A stretch of DNA of 64,000 nt from assembly GCA_963706325.1 (NCBI GenBank), contig CAVPLT010000004.1, forward strand, positions 576,001-640,000, given 5' to 3'. Position numbers and translations under genes: made by a program. Positions within the stretch are counted from its first letter, which is position 1; the number at the start of each line of letters is the position of its first letter. The stretch comes from an uncultured Nitrospiraceae bacterium (GTDB taxonomy: Bacteria; Nitrospirota; Nitrospiria; Nitrospirales; Nitrospiraceae). Shown here piece after piece: positions 60,117 through 64,000 of the stretch. The notes under the pieces were generated by a model that had not been told where the DNA came from, did no database searches, and saw only the letters and a program-made list of their open reading frames with translations.

Positions 60117-60473
60117 ATGATCGTAGAAGTTGAACCGAATGAGAATTGTGACAGCAGCTTCTTTGCGAGGTTTAAGGAAGCCGGTCCTGCCAGACCAGTG
60201 CTGCAGGTGCGGCTTTCTGACAGAAATCCGGCCGGTGAATGGTGTTGGCTCACTGGCTGGAGCGATAACCAGCAGGCGCCTGTCTGCCAGGCCTATGCCC
60301 AGCTGATTGAAGATTCGGGATCGGGGTTAGCGTACGTCGTGTTTGGCGGGCTCTTTGGTCTTCGGTTCAGACCTATCGCCCTGGACGAGCCTTGGGACCT
60401 CGAGAGCTCGCATCAATGGGGAGAGGCGTATCTTTTGCTGGCCGATGGTCGTGATCTGCGCTACGCAGACTAA
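60117..60473 (+). CDS. Hypothetical protein
   Basis: MIVEVEPNENC...IEDSGSG..VVFGGLFGLRF...WGEAYL, a coding-like ORF. Confidence 0.7.
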   Translation: MIVEVEPNENCDSSFFARFKEAGPARPVLQVRLSDRNPAGEWCWLTGWSDNQQAPVCQAYAQLIEDSGSGLAYVVFGGLFGLRFRPIALDEPWDLESSHQWGEAYLLLADGRDLRYAD

Positions 60474-61086
60474 CTTCCCCCGCCTCCCTTGATGCCTATC
60501 CAGCACGTAGACAGCGGCTTCAGAGAGGTCCTGCAACAGACGATCGATGCTGTTACGACTGGAGAGTTGCTTCCTTCACGTCGGCCCCTGTCGGCTCACT
60601 ACAGCGGAGCCATTCTCCCGGCCTTGGCTTGGTCCATGCTGCTGTCGGTGATATCGCGCTCATGCCCTGGCTTCACTGTGACACGGTCGAGTGAAAACTC
60701 GGTCTGCGCGAGGCGTTCCGTCGCATTAAGCAGGAGGGGATATCCGATGACATCTTCGGTGCGTATTCATTCTTCCTGATCCTTCTGAAGTTCGCCAAGA
60801 TGCATCTCAGGGTGCTTTGAACCGCGCGGTTCCGTCAGTCGTGGGGCGTGGGATTCAGTATATGAAACAAGGTCGCGTTCAAGTTCCGAATGTCTCGGAG
60901 CAAGTTTCCGACGTACTTGAGTGCAGGTCTGGACTCGTCGGGGTCATCGTAGCGATGAACTCCGTATGGAGCTGCGATGTGCCCCGATAGCAGGGAACCA
61001 ACCTATGTCTCTCCGGAGGACAAACGAATATGGGGCACTGGCAGCTCAGGCGCTCAGAGAAAGCGTTGCAAGAAGTGGGACCTTGC

Positions 61087-61121
61087 GCTCCATGAAGCCG
61101 AATGGTCTGGCTTCATGGAGC
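61087..61121. terminator. 13-bp-stem hairpin downstream of paralog 1; a second copy lies at 61857-61892
   Basis: gctccatgaagcc-9 nt-ggcttcatggagc, with no U-tract. Confidence 0.45.
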
Positions 61122-61139
61122 TGCACGGGTCATGGTGGA

Positions 61140-61736
61140 TCAGGCTTTCTTCTTTGTGCTCTTGGCTTTCACACCCTTGGGGGATTTTCCTCGGGATACG
61201 GAGCCGAGTGGCATGATCCGAGCGCGTATTAGGTAGGAGGCGATTTCAGGAAATCGCGTGCCGGCCGGCCCCGCCGGATTACTGTCGGAATAGGAGCTGG
61301 TAGGATTGTTTTTGAACAGCCAGAGTTGCACGACACTCATCGGCATCATCGCAGTGGGGACCCCGGGGCCTCGAAACTTCATCATGCCCTGTGTCTGAAC
61401 CAGGACTGAGCCGCTGTTGCTCGATGAATTCAGTGCGACGCCGCCCATCAATTCGATGAGGGTTTCCATCGCCACGTGATTGCTTTGAGGAAAGGGTACG
61501 ACCTGCGAGATGCCATACTTTGTAATTCCGGCATGTTGGTGCAGCAGGCTGATTTCCTGGCCGGTGGCGTAGCGAAAGCCGTAGGTGGTGGTGTAGCCTC
61601 CGGCGCCACCTAATACATCCAGATAGGACAGATTAGTTGTCGCACTCAGGCTGAGCCATTCGAGATTGGTCTCAGTGTCGAACGTAATGAGACGGTCACC
61701 GGTCGCGGGAACAAGATTCTGCTGAACAAGAGCCAT
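61140..61736 (-). CDS. Hypothetical protein, paralog 1 (domain reminiscent of DUF1566/PEP-CTERM-protein bodies)
   Basis: RBS AGGAGG before MALVQQ, and LITFDTETNLEWLSL...GFRYATGQEI. Confidence 0.75.
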   Translation of the reverse strand: MALVQQNLVPATGDRLITFDTETNLEWLSLSATTNLSYLDVLGGAGGYTTTYGFRYATGQEISLLHQHAGITKYGISQVVPFPQSNHVAMETLIELMGGVALNSSSNSGSVLVQTQGMMKFRGPGVPTAMMPMSVVQLWLFKNNPTSSYSDSNPAGPAGTRFPEIASYLIRARIMPLGSVSRGKSPKGVKAKSTKKKA

Positions 61737-61986
61737 TTCGGTACCTCCTACGGCTTGTGGCGGCGTGGACGACTGTGTCACGTCGATTGCCAGGGTCTAT
61801 GCGATTCATGTGCCAATCCGTCTCCAGGCGATTCTTTCCTGAGCCGGGAAGCCGGCGCTCCATGAAGCCGATTCTTTCCTGCTTCATGGAGCTGACAAAC
61901 GTGCCGTCGATGAGGCGTCTTTCTCCGCGTCATGGGCTTTGGCCCGATCAGCAAAGTTGCCCCAAAAATGCCTCCATGGCCATGAG

Positions 61987-62544
61987 TTACTTCTCGCCCG
62001 TCCGAACATTACGGGGCGGAGCAGGGGCCACGGGATTGCGTACGAGATACGATGCGATCGCAGCATCCCGGTAGTGCTCCGGCGTCACTCCTTGAGGCAG
62101 ATTGGGGAGAATATCCGTGGTTGCGTATGAACCGCCAGGATTGTTGGTGAAGAACCAGAGTTGTCCCACCCCCGGGTGGCCGGGTGATGGTGGAACCATG
62201 AAGATTCCTTGCGTCTGTGTCGTGCCGGTTGTCGCATAATTCGTCGCCCCGCCCATCCAGTCCATGAGCTTCTTTATCGCTGTGGAATTGTTATCGGGGA
62301 CAGGCACAGGCTGGTCGGGCGCAAATCTTGTGATTCCGGCATGGCTCCACAACGTTTGGACCTCGGCGCCGTTGGCGTAACGAAAGCCATAGGTGGTGGT
62401 GTAGCCCCCGCTGCCGTTCCGCACGTCCGAAATGGAAAGATTCACGGTTTGCCTGAGGCTCAACCATTCGATGCTGGTTTCGGTGTCAAACGTAATGAGC
62501 GAGTCACCGCTTGCAGGAACAAGATCCCGTTGCAAGAGGGCCAT
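61987..62544 (-). CDS. Hypothetical protein, paralog 2
   Basis: RBS AGGAGG, and LITFDTETSIEWLSL...GFRYANGAEV...IASYLVR. Confidence 0.78.
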   Translation of the reverse strand: MALLQRDLVPASGDSLITFDTETSIEWLSLRQTVNLSISDVRNGSGGYTTTYGFRYANGAEVQTLWSHAGITRFAPDQPVPVPDNNSTAIKKLMDWMGGATNYATTGTTQTQGIFMVPPSPGHPGVGQLWFFTNNPGGSYATTDILPNLPQGVTPEHYRDAAIASYLVRNPVAPAPPRNVRTGEK

Positions 62545-62727
62545 GTTGTGCCTCCTATGAATATATCGGACGATTCTGCTCCCGGCGTGCAGGCCGCGCA
62601 GATGTCATTCGTATCAAGAAAATGTTTTCCGGTCACCCACTCTTCGACGATGGTTACATGGTGCCGTAGTGAAAACCGTGCAGGTAGGGAAGGCTTGTGA
62701 ACAAGCCCCGGTTTCAACCATCAGCTG

Positions 62728-63159
62728 CTAGGCTCTTCGTGGCACCGTCCGACCTTCTTCGAGGTCTTGAAGGTCGCACCAACTGGTGAGGTCGGTGCGA
62801 GACGGATCGACGGTGTCCCGGTGTTTGTTGAAGGAAGCCTGTTTCTCCGGCGTGGTGGGTCCGCGGCTGAGCATACTGCGATTCCACTCTTCCAAGTCTG
62901 CCTGGGTATGAGGCTTGGCGACGTGACGGAACCACTGCACGAAACCCTCTTCGGTTTGATTGCTCCTCACGGCTGCGGTGAACTGCTCGGCTGTCAGGCC
63001 GGCAAACGTCAGAAGCCGATCGTCCATGGGGCAGGGGTAGATGTATTCGCCCTCGGTTCCCGCCAGCACGGCGCGGCATTTGTCGATCATGCGTGCGAGA
63101 TGCGCATAACCCTCCAATATGACGCGCATGCTGCGCGGAAACCTCGTGCGTAGGTCCAT
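62728..63159 (-). CDS. DUF5069-family protein
   Basis: PRS...LEGYAHLARMIDKCRA...GEYIYPCPMD...DLEEGR. Confidence 0.8.
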   Translation of the reverse strand: MDLRTRFPRSMRVILEGYAHLARMIDKCRAVLAGTEGEYIYPCPMDDRLLTFAGLTAEQFTAAVRSNQTEEGFVQWFRHVAKPHTQADLEEWNRSMLSRGPTTPEKQASFNKHRDTVDPSRTDLTSWCDLQDLEEGRTVPRRA

Positions 63160-63836
63160 CAGGCCAGCAACTTGTGGTTCGAGAAGGTCATGGTCCGGAC
63201 CGTGACCTCGCCGTTTTCGTAGGAGATGATGCGTCGGGTTGCCGGGAGATCCGAAGCGCCGACCCGCACATGGGTGTCGGTAAAACTTTCCACGTTGCGC
63301 AGCTTTCCATCCTGGGGAGCAAAATAATACACTGTGTACTTCGTCGTCAGGTGCTTATGATCCTGTGTCTCACAGCTTTCTTCCACGTTGATAGTGAACG
63401 CGACGTGCGGCATCTTGCGGTTGATTTGTGTGATGCGATCGTCCTTGATTCGATAAAACGACTGCATGCCATCTCCGTGGAGGTCTAATCGCCTGCCCAG
63501 GGGGTGGTCGGTACCGGTCTCCAGAGTGAGGCGATGCTTGCCGTCCGACTCCTCGAATTTGCGGGGCGCGCGGTGCACGGCGATCATGCCGATCTGCTCT
63601 TGCGCCCACTTCTGGATGGCTTCGTCGGGCAACTGGACGGTCACGTCTCGGGGGCCCTTTACCACGACGGTTCCGCGCACAAGGCTCCCGTTGGTATTGA
63701 CCGTCAGATCTGCGGAAAATCCTTGAAAGTCGGACTGCCAGCGGGCGGTGCTTTCAAAGGCTCGCTGAAGGACCGCACGGGCTTGGGGATCGTCGGTGAC
63801 CGTCGTGTCTGTTGAAGTCGGCGTAGGGGCTTGCAT
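63159..63836 (-). CDS. DUF3386-family protein
   Basis: AFESTARWQSDFQGFSADL, IAVHR, FEESDGK and YRIKDDRITQINR. RBS AAAGGAG before MQAP. Confidence 0.8.
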   Translation of the reverse strand: MQAPTPTSTDTTVTDDPQARAVLQRAFESTARWQSDFQGFSADLTVNTNGSLVRGTVVVKGPRDVTVQLPDEAIQKWAQEQIGMIAVHRAPRKFEESDGKHRLTLETGTDHPLGRRLDLHGDGMQSFYRIKDDRITQINRKMPHVAFTINVEESCETQDHKHLTTKYTVYYFAPQDGKLRNVESFTDTHVRVGASDLPATRRIISYENGEVTVRTMTFSNHKLLA

Positions 63837-64000
63837 AGGTGGACTCCTTTTTGTCGTCATGAAAATCTCACATGGAATAGAAGGATTATAGAAGGCTTGG
63901 ACAGGCATCTACAACGGAAACGAGAGGAGGTTGAGCGACTTGTTCGCGTGCGCGTCATTGGAATAATTTTCTCTCTGACCCCAGAGGTTTGTGTAGTACT

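Overview
A 64-kb, GC-rich bacterial chromosomal window. It most resembles Nitrospira/Nitrospirota, inferred from gene content and an abundant ~120-bp palindromic repeat; this was not checked against a database. The left part (1-14 kb) holds a czcCBA-type RND operon preceded by a His-rich ORF ending in a RAPP motif, then accessory genes (methyltransferase, exported Lon-type protease domain, malQ, DUF72). The 14-24 kb region is a tRNA-Arg(ACG) integration hotspot with three copies of the anticodon-arm core. One island lies downstream of the tRNA (MEDS protein, filamentous-haemagglutinin-like protein). A second, decayed island apparently displaced the 5' half of the tRNA and supplies a replacement 5' half plus a promoter from the tail of its broken integrase. 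The 24-29 kb region has two paralogous Pro-rich BACON/FN3 surface proteins around an outer-membrane beta-barrel gene, plus a chimeric helicase scar. At 29-34 kb, glgC is coupled to a Ski2/HelY-type helicase split into two genes in reversed domain order. The right part holds potABCD, a second CzcCBA-type operon, def, an ABC exporter, a sulfur-carrier operon (thiS-cysK-moeB-thrC-like-moaD-NIL-moeB-JAB), dispersed structured repeats, a HEPN-motif ORF and a tandem paralog pair. Several isolated small insertions may be assembly errors.
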